DNA of 64,000 nucleotides from Trichoplax sp. H2 (lineage: Eukaryota). The position numbers and the translations under genes were made by a program. Where the stretch lies: assembly GCA_003344405.1 (NCBI GenBank), contig NOWV01000017.1:620001-684000 (forward strand). Direction: 5' to 3'. The notes under the pieces were generated by a model. That model was not told the origin of the DNA. It searched no databases and saw nothing but the letters and a program-made list of their open reading frames with translations. Below, piece after piece: positions 52,781 through 64,000 of the stretch (position 1 is the stretch's first letter; each line of letters starts with the position of its first letter).

Positions 52781-54394
52781 TTAATGATTACAAGTTTTTT
52801 TATGAATATTCTTATGTTTCATTAGGGTGCCTGATTGCGAAAATGACTTACCGCAAAGATCGCAAGAATACGGTTTATGTCCGGAATGGACACGTTCATG
52901 TTTCCTAAGCTGACTTGAATCCGTAAAACATTTTGAGCAAGTTTTACAACGATAAGGTTTTTCTCCTGTATGAGTTCTTCGATGTTTCTTAAGATCATTG
53001 TTTTGAATAAATTTTTTCCCGCATATATCACAAGTATATCGTAAATCGCCATTGTGAATACGCTTATGGATTTTCAAATGGAAAGATTGCGTAAATGACT
53101 TTTGACAGATATTACACGTGTACGGTTTCTCTCCTGTATGAATTCTTTGATGTCTTTTGAGACTGTACGCTCGCTGGAAGGTTTTATCGCAGCGTTGACA
53201 CCGATAATGCAATAAATTAGCTTCATCTTCTTGAGGTATATTTATAGTTTTCGTATTTATGCGATAGTTATCTTCAATATTGACATCGATTTTCTGTACA
53301 TTATTTTTATTTTCTTCGACGTTCGAAGAATTAACATTTTGTGGTAAATGTGAAATAGGTTGATCATTTTGAAGATTTTCCTCTTGCCTTTTAAAATTAT
53401 GCAATAAATCATTTTCTAAACATTTCCTTTGACAAATATTAGATCTTTCCTGAACTGCACTATCGATAACAGTCGAAGCTACATTGTCATTATTTATGTT
53501 AGTTGAGCAGGCATTATAATCACCTTCGTCAATAAAATGTAATTGTAGGCAATTCTTGGATCCTTGTAGTATGGTATCGATACTAAAATTCGTGAGTTGC
53601 TTTATCTTTGATAAATTTCTCTTCTTGTTTGGATGTCCATTTAGCTTTCTTCGAGAATATGATGATGACGCTTTATTACTTTCATTATCAGCATTAGATG
53701 GAATAGCAAGTAGGCTATCAGAAAGTGTAGGTATCATTACAATTTCGTTTGCTTTAATAGAATCAGTAGAATTAATCGACGTGGAGATAGAACTACTTGA
53801 GGTTTGTACATTATTTGAAACTGAATAATTTGGAGTAGCCGGATCATGTTCCGATAATTGACCGCTAAATTTCCAGTTATTTTCATTATTGATATGTAAT
53901 AAAGCTGAAGTAGACGCTATATTGTTATATTCACGAAAAATAGATGGTGGAAGTGAAGATGAATTCTTGTACAAGTGTATAGTAGGTATTTCGCTAATAT
54001 AAGAATAAAGCTTTATAGCCTCTTCAGCAGATATCTTACTAACGACAGTAGCAGCTATTGAGAAGGAAATTTTCAAAATTTTATCAACTATCTCTGTAAC
54101 CTTTTGGTTGTACGGATAAAAGCATTGATACAAAAATCGGCAATGGTCTGCCATATTACGGAGCAAACTCTTCAAGTTATTAGCTAATCTACCATCCTCT
54201 ATGTTATCAAGTAATAGTTGCTGTAGTTTAATCGAATCTTGTAATAATCGTCTAGCTATTAAATTAGTTCCCATCGGTGATACATGGTGCTTAAAATATT
54301 CCTGAAATAACTCTAATAAGATATAACAAGTCGCTACTAATTCGCAAGCTTGGAATCCCTCGATGGTAGTTGTAATGCTATGAGAGTTCTCCAT
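52781..54394 (-). CDS. C2H2 zinc-finger transcription factor, 5 fingers, eh1 motif, N-terminal helical domain (cluster gene 5)
   Basis: ORF with first ATG at 54394 (MENS...; the track starts at TTG 54406). Five fingers. FSIDTIL at 53567-53587. Confidence 0.92.
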   Translation of the reverse strand: MENSHSITTTIEGFQACELVATCYILLELFQEYFKHHVSPMGTNLIARRLLQDSIKLQQLLLDNIEDGRLANNLKSLLRNMADHCRFLYQCFYPYNQKVTEIVDKILKISFSIAATVVSKISAEEAIKLYSYISEIPTIHLYKNSSSLPPSIFREYNNIASTSALLHINNENNWKFSGQLSEHDPATPNYSVSNNVQTSSSSISTSINSTDSIKANEIVMIPTLSDSLLAIPSNADNESNKASSSYSRRKLNGHPNKKRNLSKIKQLTNFSIDTILQGSKNCLQLHFIDEGDYNACSTNINNDNVASTVIDSAVQERSNICQRKCLENDLLHNFKRQEENLQNDQPISHLPQNVNSSNVEENKNNVQKIDVNIEDNYRINTKTINIPQEDEANLLHYRCQRCDKTFQRAYSLKRHQRIHTGEKPYTCNICQKSFTQSFHLKIHKRIHNGDLRYTCDICGKKFIQNNDLKKHRRTHTGEKPYRCKTCSKCFTDSSQLRKHERVHSGHKPYSCDLCGKSFSQSGTLMKHKNIHKKTCNH

Positions 54395-57300
54395 GTTGCT
54401 GCACAATGCATAATAACAATGACTGCGTTGTTCCTAGATAACATGATCTAAATACTTGTAGTATACTTTATATATAAATATACAAGATATACAGTATAAA
54501 CATATAGATGTAGATGGTGCGTTTCTATATGCTTAACATAATGGTATGACTATTATGGATATATATTGTAATGAAATTATTCTATGAATTTGTATTGCTA
54601 GGAACCTCTGCTTTAGTAACGTTTCTGCATATTAACATAAACTGGGAGCTTATATACAGTATCCTTACTACTGTTTAACTTTATATGAAAATGATATTAA
54701 AAGAAATAAATAGTGGAACGAGTTATCACAAAAAGAGTATTTATAGGGTTTTTCCTCACGTAATACGGATATTAAATGTTATAAGACGTTAACACTACCA
54801 TCGCAACTACAGTTAGTCAATACATGTACGTGTGTTTCTATGGAAGCACGCATATGAGACAGAGGTAAAGAACGTCGTCTGATACCAGTTGTAATTAATA
54901 TTCTAGATTACAGATAAGAGTCCTGTTAAGATCTTGATAGTATCGACGATTGAAGTCTTCCCGATTTGTATATTTAAGGATGAATCTTGTTGCAAGTTTT
55001 AGAAAGAAAAATATATACTAACTCATAAACGCAGAAATTTAAAGCTCTGCAATCAGCTCTGCTTGGTAAATAAATGCGATTGTAAATTTCTACAGTTATT
55101 AATAACTATTAATAGAAATGCTTTTCTTCACAGATGGATCTTTCTCGTAATTTTAAATACCGAACAATTACCTTGTATAGACGAAGTTGATAAACACGGA
55201 AATTATAACTTGCTTCGATGATTTCATTTCTGCTGCTGTATTGTAAAATTTTATTATCTAATGTCAATGGAAGTTGCTCGATAGAATAGGTGATATTGTT
55301 AAAGTAAGTTACGATAGTAAGAGAGTCGTCTATTCTTACGTTTCATTGTAAAACTTTTATTATTTTATCAATAATAAACGAGCATTACTAAATATAAGTC
55401 TTGTACAAACCACCGTTGAATGGAGTGTTGCATTAGCTATCTACATGGTTGTTATTGACTAATACGGCAATCAATGATAGGATAGAGTAATAGCGTTATT
55501 TGGTCTGATCTGCTAATATTTAGAAGTGTTGCTTATATTCAAATGGTCTATGGAGTACCGTAACGCATGTTTTACCACAGCATCTTACTCTGTTAGAAAT
55601 CAACAGAATGGGACCCTTAATTATACAAGTGTTGACGCCTATTCCTAGTTATGTATCAGTTTTACTGTCAATGAAAGAATTTTATGCAAATTTAGTAAAA
55701 TAATGTTTATCATTTTAGGGCTGTTATTGTTTATCTATAGGTTATATATGTTAGTACGCACGTTTATATGCATAATACATATTCATTCATATGTATTTAT
55801 ACATTTAGGTTATGTAGATAACTCCTTATATCGGTAAATACATGACCATGTACCTGTAAATGGTCTTTTTTATATAAAGAGTGAAAGAAAGAGATGTGCA
55901 ATTGTGCATGTAAAAAAGATACGTATACGCGGCTCATGTAATCATTCCGAGAAGGGCATCATTTAGTAGCAGTTACTAATAGAATTGAATGAATGATAAA
56001 TGTTTTATTTTACAGGATAATTAAAACTAATTATTTCAAAGGGTTACCATTGTACGGTGAATGATTAAAATTTCTTATAAAGTCTAGATGTTATAGCAGT
56101 TATTATTTGATTGATTGGTGCGATGATTTCTTGATTTCATTCCTGTATTGTCGGGTTACAGCTAAATTATAAGAGGCCCGAAGCTAAAAATATTGCATCC
56201 TACAAGTTACTACATTAATGTAATCAATTTCATTATTTGATAAGGTAGTAACAACGTTGATCTCTATATTATTTCGGACTATTCTATTTTAAAATAGCAT
56301 TTTTCCATTCGTATGATAAAAAGGTTAATATTTATTGACCATGCCGGTAAAAATACAAAGCACATTTGGAGCTGGATTAGTTCGTACTATGGTATCACGC
56401 AAGCTGGAAGAATTGTTTTGTTCGTGCCCGCCGTAAGCAGTAAACCTAATGATTTACTCGTATACTATTTATTTAAAAACAAATAAAAACGTTAAAGTAC
56501 CTTACCGAATTGGCTATCTATTGATTTTATGCAAATCTGTTTACAAATTGTTTTTTGTTTCGGGCCTACACCTTTCTAACTTACGTCATTCTGACGTGAA
56601 ATAAAATCATTTTCACTAGATACAGTTGAATTAGTGCAGCATTCTATTCAGCTTAAGTTCCATAAAGGAAAAGATTTACGTATAGAAATTATGTTATTAT
56701 TTATCATTAATTGTTATGTGTTTTCTGGTCTTTTTTGTCTTATAAATTGGTTAAACTTTAATTAAAACGTTATTATTATCAATAAATTCAAATTTTAGAG
56801 ACATGATAGAATCGCATCATTACAACTAGTTAACTTAAATTGTTAAATATTATCGTAAGGATGACCAAGAGAATGAACTGATTAAATTTTACTTTATTGG
56901 TAGATTGTATTACAAGTAATCGCAATATATAGCTAACTTGCTACATCTGATATTGAAAGCATTAGCATAACAATTTGTCTACAGTATTACGATATTCACT
57001 GACATTAAGCTCCAGCTAAAGCATCTGAACTGAATTTCTAAAGTAATAGTTGCTACCTTGGTGTCAAATTCAGTACCGTATTGGCACAGCTACATTCTTT
57101 AGTGATACTAAATCTTACACAATATCGAGTTGATTATTAGGCTATTACAATTACAAGAATTGCCTGCAAGTTTTGTTTTTAAGTAGCCATTTATTATATT
57201 GCACTATATTATCTCAGAAAATTATGTTTGATAGCTGTACTAGAAAGAATAAACCGAAGGTTGATGCTATTTAGCGGTATAATGAATCATCCGTTTATTT

Positions 57301-59349
57301 ACCTTTTGTACCCACTTCCTAAGAATAAATAATAGTTAATAAATGAATGCGATGGAGGTAGTTTAATTTAAGGGCTATAACAATATCCAGTGCTGATGTT
57401 TGCTTCTGCATTAAGATAACATCATACGTGTCTTAATTGCAGAATATGGGAACTCACTCGATAATTATTGTCTGCAGAGATGGAATAATTAATAAAAATG
57501 ACGGCTAATAAAAAGGAAATACTACATTCTAATTTCATCAACTAACGATGTACATGAATAAATGATGGCCTACGAAGGCTACCGTATACATGTAGCGTAT
57601 TATTTCGGCACACAGCCCTAGATCTTGTCGTACTCAGCCTATGGGTTCTATCACAGTGAGAATTATCGTAAATAAAATCGTAAATAGTCTCATAATTGTT
57701 CAATAATTTACCCGCATTACTGATGATACTAATAGGGCTACACAACGAGGGATTCCAACTTGGCGTATCAAGGTCTTGACAAAGCTATGATATCGTATTA
57801 ATACCACAAAGATATGTTATAAAGGTCAGGATCGAAATAGTCCTATTTACTACACGCATGTAATGAAGGTTTTCTTAGCTCTAGTAGTAATGAAATATAG
57901 ATTTACGAGTAAAAATTTATTTAATGTACATTATATTTTGACAGTATTAGCTTAATCATGTTGTTTATAAAGGATAAAATACTGTATTTGGAGTTATTTT
58001 ATGTGTTCTGTGAAATGAATATAAAATATGCAATTTTTAGCTATGGTGTTAAAGGTAATTATCTAGTCTTGTTTTTGGATTCCGAATTGAAAATCTTCTT
58101 TTAGTAAACAATAACTGGCTCACAAGTGAGATATGAGAGGCGCTATATACTACAGTAGAGGTGTACGTACATTAACTGCTGACAACGGATATACAACATA
58201 TACAAGTTAATTGGCCTTTATTCGCTGTTTAACTTAAATATATGCAACAGCATAAAGTTATGTAATAAAAAATTGATATAATAGATAGTGGCTACAATGT
58301 GCACTTGTAGAAAACGTAAGTAAATTGATTTGGCCACCGTTAATGAATTCGTAAAGGAGAAATATTTGCTGAATCAATTTGCACTCGATCTTACTCGACG
58401 ATATAGGAAAATATAGAGATAGAACTGAGAGATTTCTCAGTTAGAATATACTGTAAAAGAATTGATGAAATTTTGATTAGAATGCTAATTTATCGTTGCG
58501 ATGGCTAATTTTATGTAGCTATATCGTGTGATAAGGAAAGCTACGAAGATGTGTAGTTAATCGTATTTTCCCTAATGATCTATCGGGCAGGAATGCGGAG
58601 GGTGTTGTTTAATGTAATACCGCACTTCAAATGTAAATTAATGTTATTTATTTACTCTGTATTTCTGAATGAAAATAATTGACTGTACACATTAGCTATG
58701 GCTATATATGATGTTGTTATTGGTTAATTAAAGAATCTTATTGATAATGTGTGAAGTTGAAAATAAGTGTACGCCAACGTGCCGGCTAAACGGATGTAGG
58801 AACCTTTATAGTAATATCCTAATTAACAACAGCAGGCACGGTCTGATGTTATTTTATCCATCTTTATTATTACAATGCAATAGCCTGCAATTAATTATGT
58901 TTATAGTAGTTACCTGCGTTATGAATCTTGATAGCTTTTATCAGTCTGTCTGTATTAATAATATATAATGTATTATAAATTACAGTTGTTGGCACATTAG
59001 TAGACAGGAATAGTTCTAGCGGCATATTAAACCGTGTATGCAGCTACTTTCCTGTGAGTACGTATATATCAATTCTCTCAATACTTATTTATTAGAGTAT
59101 AATAGTTATGGTTGTTATTTCTAGTTTTAGGCTATTGTATCTAAACCTTTACTTGTCGTGGTTGAAATTGTAAATAACAGTCTGAAAGTTATAAGTTCGA
59201 TTGCAAGCATTTGATTTTAAATCGTTATTTTAAAGGTTACTAGCGTTTGCAGCTTATATAACGTGCATTCTGAAATGAAGCGTGGACATATTTTTATTTC
59301 ATGCAATAGACAAGAAAAATGAGGCGTATTGAATAGTGAGGTATAATGC

Positions 59350-59360
59350 AAATAAATGAA

Positions 59361-59395
<35 letters not shown>

Positions 59396-59398
59396 ATA
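59350..59398. repeat. (AAAT)n microsatellite
   Basis: About 12 AAAT units with one interruption. Confidence 0.9.
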
Positions 59399-60417
59399 GA
59401 AGCAAATAAATATCAAAGTGAAGTGCAATCGTTACAAACACGCTGCCAAGATACTGATAACTTTGCAGTAGGATACATCGTACACGTAGATTGCGGGATA
59501 ATTCTCTGCTAAAGGCTTAACTACAACGTGCCCCTTCTTACTGTATTGCAAAAGACTGAATCGGGCAGGGTACCGTACTGCAAATGGATAATGGATGCCA
59601 ACATGCAGAGATAATTTTCTTAAATACTATACAGGTAGTGATGCGTGGCATAAACGTCTGAAAGTTGCCGTTATTTTGTGACGGAATAGGAAGTTGACGA
59701 TTTTCTGTAAATCATATTAAAAAGATTTCCAACTGTCGTTTGATTTCATGACATTTCATCTATGCTGTCAAGTCATACATTACATAAGAAAAATGGATCA
59801 TTTTAAGCCCATTGAGTCCTCCGTAGTTATTTAGCGGTCTTTGCTGACATTCATACTGTAGTTATGTATTTATCCGGTTAAATAGATAGATTATAATATC
59901 AGGCATACATTTTAAACGTATACTATATCATTTAAATAGTGATCACTTTGATCAATAACAGGTGCAGCTTAGCTTGTCGAAATTATCCAATTACTGTAAT
60001 TGAACATTAAATACTTTGTAAGACTGTATCACCTTATGTAAGCAGCTGCTGCATCATGGATAAGTACGCATGATGATTTTTTTTATTGGTCTTCAAAATT
60101 TACCTGAGCTGATATCTGGTATGTTCCTGATTATCGTTCTTGGCCGATTTGGAGTAGATTTATACGCCAATAAATTAGAAACACCTTGCACAATTCTAGG
60201 TACATTGACATTGGAGTTCCTAGGATCTAGTTGAGTGTCTGATGTAGTGCATATTATCTATATGATATACTCTCCTATTATTGCAGTCTCACTGTAAGCA
60301 CTATATGCACATGCATTGATATTTGTTTTGATTTTTTGAAATGGACCTTATTTGGTATGAGCTCATTTCTGCGCAAAAGCTGTGTACAGTATGTACAATT
60401 GTACATTAGGTCCAGCC

Positions 60418-60585
60418 ATAATAACCCCGATTACTCAGATACTCAGCGTAAATAGCTTAAACGATGATACATTATTCTAAGAGTCTCTTTGAATAATCGC
60501 GTGAAATTTGAGGTACAGACTCTTAGAATAATGTATCATCGTTTAAGCTATTTACGCTGAGCATCTGAGTAATCGGGGTTATTAT
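60418..60585. repeat. Near-perfect inverted repeat, 69-bp arms, 30-nt loop
   Basis: 60418-60486 is the reverse complement of 60517-60585 except for one mismatch. Confidence 0.95.
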
Positions 60586-60848
60586 TGTACATGCCAATTA
60601 TTGTCATATGCTAAAAAAATAGTTCTTTATTTACTAAAGTAAACTATGTGAGTATAACATTGTTTACAAGGGAAATGACAGCCTGCTTGGTGATATTTGC
60701 AATATAAACTCATCCGACAACTTTCGAACGTTCATTAATACCGGGCATTAGAATCTGTTTCAAAGGTCAATCCAAAGACCTCTAACCTACAGCGTCATAA
60801 TTTTGGTCATTTTGGTAGTAGCAGAGTTCGAAGCGAAAAAAGTTTTTT

Positions 60849-63480
60849 CTACAGTATAGTACTGTACAGTACAGTACAGTACGTACTGTACTGTACTATA
60901 GAAAATAGTGCTAACATACAGTACTGTACTGTAACCTACTCAGTATCGGTATGGTAGAGATGTCGCCAGACTGCACGATTGCACGTGCAACGGGGTTTTA
61001 CAGTACTGAAATGGACATTTTTAGCATACTGTACTGTACAGTACGCCGACGGGAATACAGTACTGTACACTGTACAGTACAATACAGTATTGTGTTACAG
61101 TGCACGATTACAGTATCATGTACTGTACAGTAATGTAATAACAAACTATTGTATTAACCGTGCTGTCGCTTAGCCGAAGGTGATATTACACTACAGTACA
61201 GTATACAGTACAGTACAGTACTGTACAGTACATAGTACTGTACATTATACTGTACAATATGAGTACTGTACTGTACTGTACAGTATTGTACTGTAGTGCT
61301 GTACCGTGCATTTGTACAGCATACTGTACAGTACAGTACTGTGTACAGTACACGGTATAAAGTTGCTGAACCTCTGACAGGTCTGTCAAATGGTAATACA
61401 GTACTGTACTATCTGTTAAATGAGCACATTACAGCACTTTTATTGAGCACATTACTAGTTCTAATAATATCGACAATCTTATATAACTGTCTCCAAACGG
61501 AACTGAGTAACAAATAGTAAGATTTAGCGTAATATTACTTCATTTAGAGAACATGAGTCAATTCAAAATTGACCTTCTGCATACTAAAGCACTGTCATAA
61601 TGCAGTGTTTGACACAATATTTTGACGAGATGAGGTCGTAAATGTCTGTCCATCCTAGAGTGATCAAATGCAATTTCACAGACAGAGCGTACAGACGGCA
61701 CAGTATAACTGTACAGTACTGTAAACTTGTAGAAATATTACTTACTTATTACTGTAGATTATAGTTTAGTTTATGATAAAGTATGCTGATGTCAGTCTCT
61801 GATTTATATTTCTAAGAGTTTTGCTTTAAATTGAACTCAAATTCTACGTCAACAGATCCTTACAACCTTAAGCTTAACGCCTGATATTTTTTTAAATAAT
61901 TCATTTAATTTTTACTGCAGTACTGGTACAGTATTAACTTACTGTATTTGATCACCTCTACTGTACTTTTAAACAGTGGGATGATCTGGATCTTGGGTGA
62001 TATTTCGTATGCTTGTTTACCAATTCAAGGACTATTTAATCTTCTATTGTAGTCCTTGACTAAGGAGAATAACTCTAATTTTTCGATACTACTACAACAG
62101 TATACTAATGATGGCAATCTATAGCATAATAATGTGGCTCATGTCATGAGGCCACCCATGTGGGTGTAGGCTTCGAATGGGGTGATATCGTGATATTTAT
62201 GCTATGCTAACATTGATATTATTCGACCGAAGTACAGTATTGTTATTTATTTATTATTATTATTACTAGCACCATCCCCATCGCTTTATTGACGGTCTTT
62301 ACAGTACTTATTGATACATTTTACAGTACTATACAGTACATGTTACATACTGTACTGTACACTGTACTGTACAGTGTACTGTACAGTATAGTACAGTATA
62401 ACATAGCAATTACTGTACATACTGTACTGTACAGTACAACACATACTGTACAGTACCGTAAGTACATCATTACCTTGTAGTAACTGTATACAGTACTGCA
62501 CCAAGGCTGTATTTGCTAACAATAACTTCGAACTTCTGTACAAGTATTTGACCAATCGTCTCGCTCTGTAATTTAGACGACAACTGTGCAAATAAATTGG
62601 CATTGTAAATACTACCCAATTTATTCATGTACAGTACACTTGTACATAGTAAAGCATTTCATACAGTACTGTATTATTAGTGTAATGAGAGTAAAGTACT
62701 GTACAGCATACAGTAGAGATCTGTAGTGTCGACGTGGCGGTGGATTGGGGTTACTGGGGGTTACAAGGTGTACAGTACGAAGCTGGTCAATATAAACTTC
62801 TGATGCAGCTACGCGTTCGTCTTGCTTTAATACAAAAGGAAAGATTTGTGCTGTAAAGTGTATCATTAAAATACTTGGTATATACTCATCGATGACATGG
62901 CAGTGGTTATAGATTACAACGACATTTCAACCATTCAGACTGAGGGAAAAGCCGTAAGAATTTGGTGTGACGGATGGTAATGTTAATCCATGCAAATACT
63001 TATATATACAGTATACTGTACGGTATATTAATGTAACGACAACTGACTCAACTGACTTTACAACGATGAGATAAGTTGTACTATTGTAGAGTAATAAGAG
63101 TTAAAGACAGATCATACTTTAGTGTCCATAGAAGCTGCTCTACTAAGGATAGTGAAGTAAAATCAAGGTGGATGCTTTCTTTTGATGCTATTGACTTGTA
63201 CAAAGTCTAGCTAAAATTCAGCTTTAATTAGTGTATTATATTATTAAAGGATGCGTGCCATCAATTGTATCGTCCACTACAATTTGACAATAACAATAAT
63301 ACAGTACAGTACTGTACTGTACTGTAGGTAGATGATGTGAACGGTAGGCCTGCCGTAGACATTAATGACCTTTTATACTTGAGCTGAACAGTACATTGTA
63401 TAGGAAACAGATCTGTGTATGCGCGTTTATACTGTACAGTACAGCAGTCTGTTGGTCGACTGTGCACTATACTGTAAATT
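60849..63480. repeat. Dense TACAG/CTGTA arrays
   Basis: Blocks at 60849-60935, 61025-61135, 61190-61410, 62300-62500, 62630-62720 and 63298-63475. Confidence 0.85.
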
Positions 63481-64000
63481 ATAATGTAATTGTGGTTGAT
63501 TGAGTGGAATAACATTCACTGCGAAAAATTCGAATTTAAGAGCAAAATAACCCCAATTCGCTTATTGCTTGTTAAGTGTATTTATTTTCACTTCATGAAC
63601 GGGTAAATACGATACATTGAACCACACTGAATGATTCTTATCCTACAAAGAGTAGAAAGTTAGTTGGAGTCTTGAATTTCTCAGTGTTATAATGATAGCA
63701 CAGTAATTCGTTATGCCACTAAGTTGAGTAACACTATAGTACTTATTTATCTTATTTTCACGCAGGGATTGTTAGTTAATTGACGAAAAGACTAGAGTAA
63801 CTAGATCTCGAACTATGGTACCGGCTCATATACGATAAGTTAATTTATTCATATGAATGACATTCATTACGCAGTCGTGTTTACGGTGGGATTGATCAGC
63901 ATCACACTTCATTTACACAGTGTAAAATGGATATTGGTTAATGTAGTTGGAAGCTAATTAATCCGAACAATTTCGACTAAATTAACCACTTCTTCCTGTC

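Overview
AT-rich eukaryotic (animal-type) genomic DNA. No prokaryotic features, CRISPR arrays or RNA genes were recognised. Composition and pervasive TACAG/CTGTA simple-sequence arrays suggest a placozoan (Trichoplax-like) genome; this is inference only. The only convincing genes are five widely spaced paralogous C2H2 zinc-finger genes with uninterrupted ORFs, oriented + + - - -. All five share near-identical DNA-recognition helices and an eh1-type Groucho/TLE motif (FS[VI]xx[IL]L). Four also carry an unrecognised helical N-terminal domain. Genes 2 and 3 stop just after finger 2. Gene 4 lacks the N-terminal domain in its ORF, but a stop-interrupted relic of it appears to lie just upstream. Intergenic DNA holds TACAG arrays, short TTAGGG tracts, a near-perfect 69-bp inverted repeat, a decayed MITE-like element and several local duplications.
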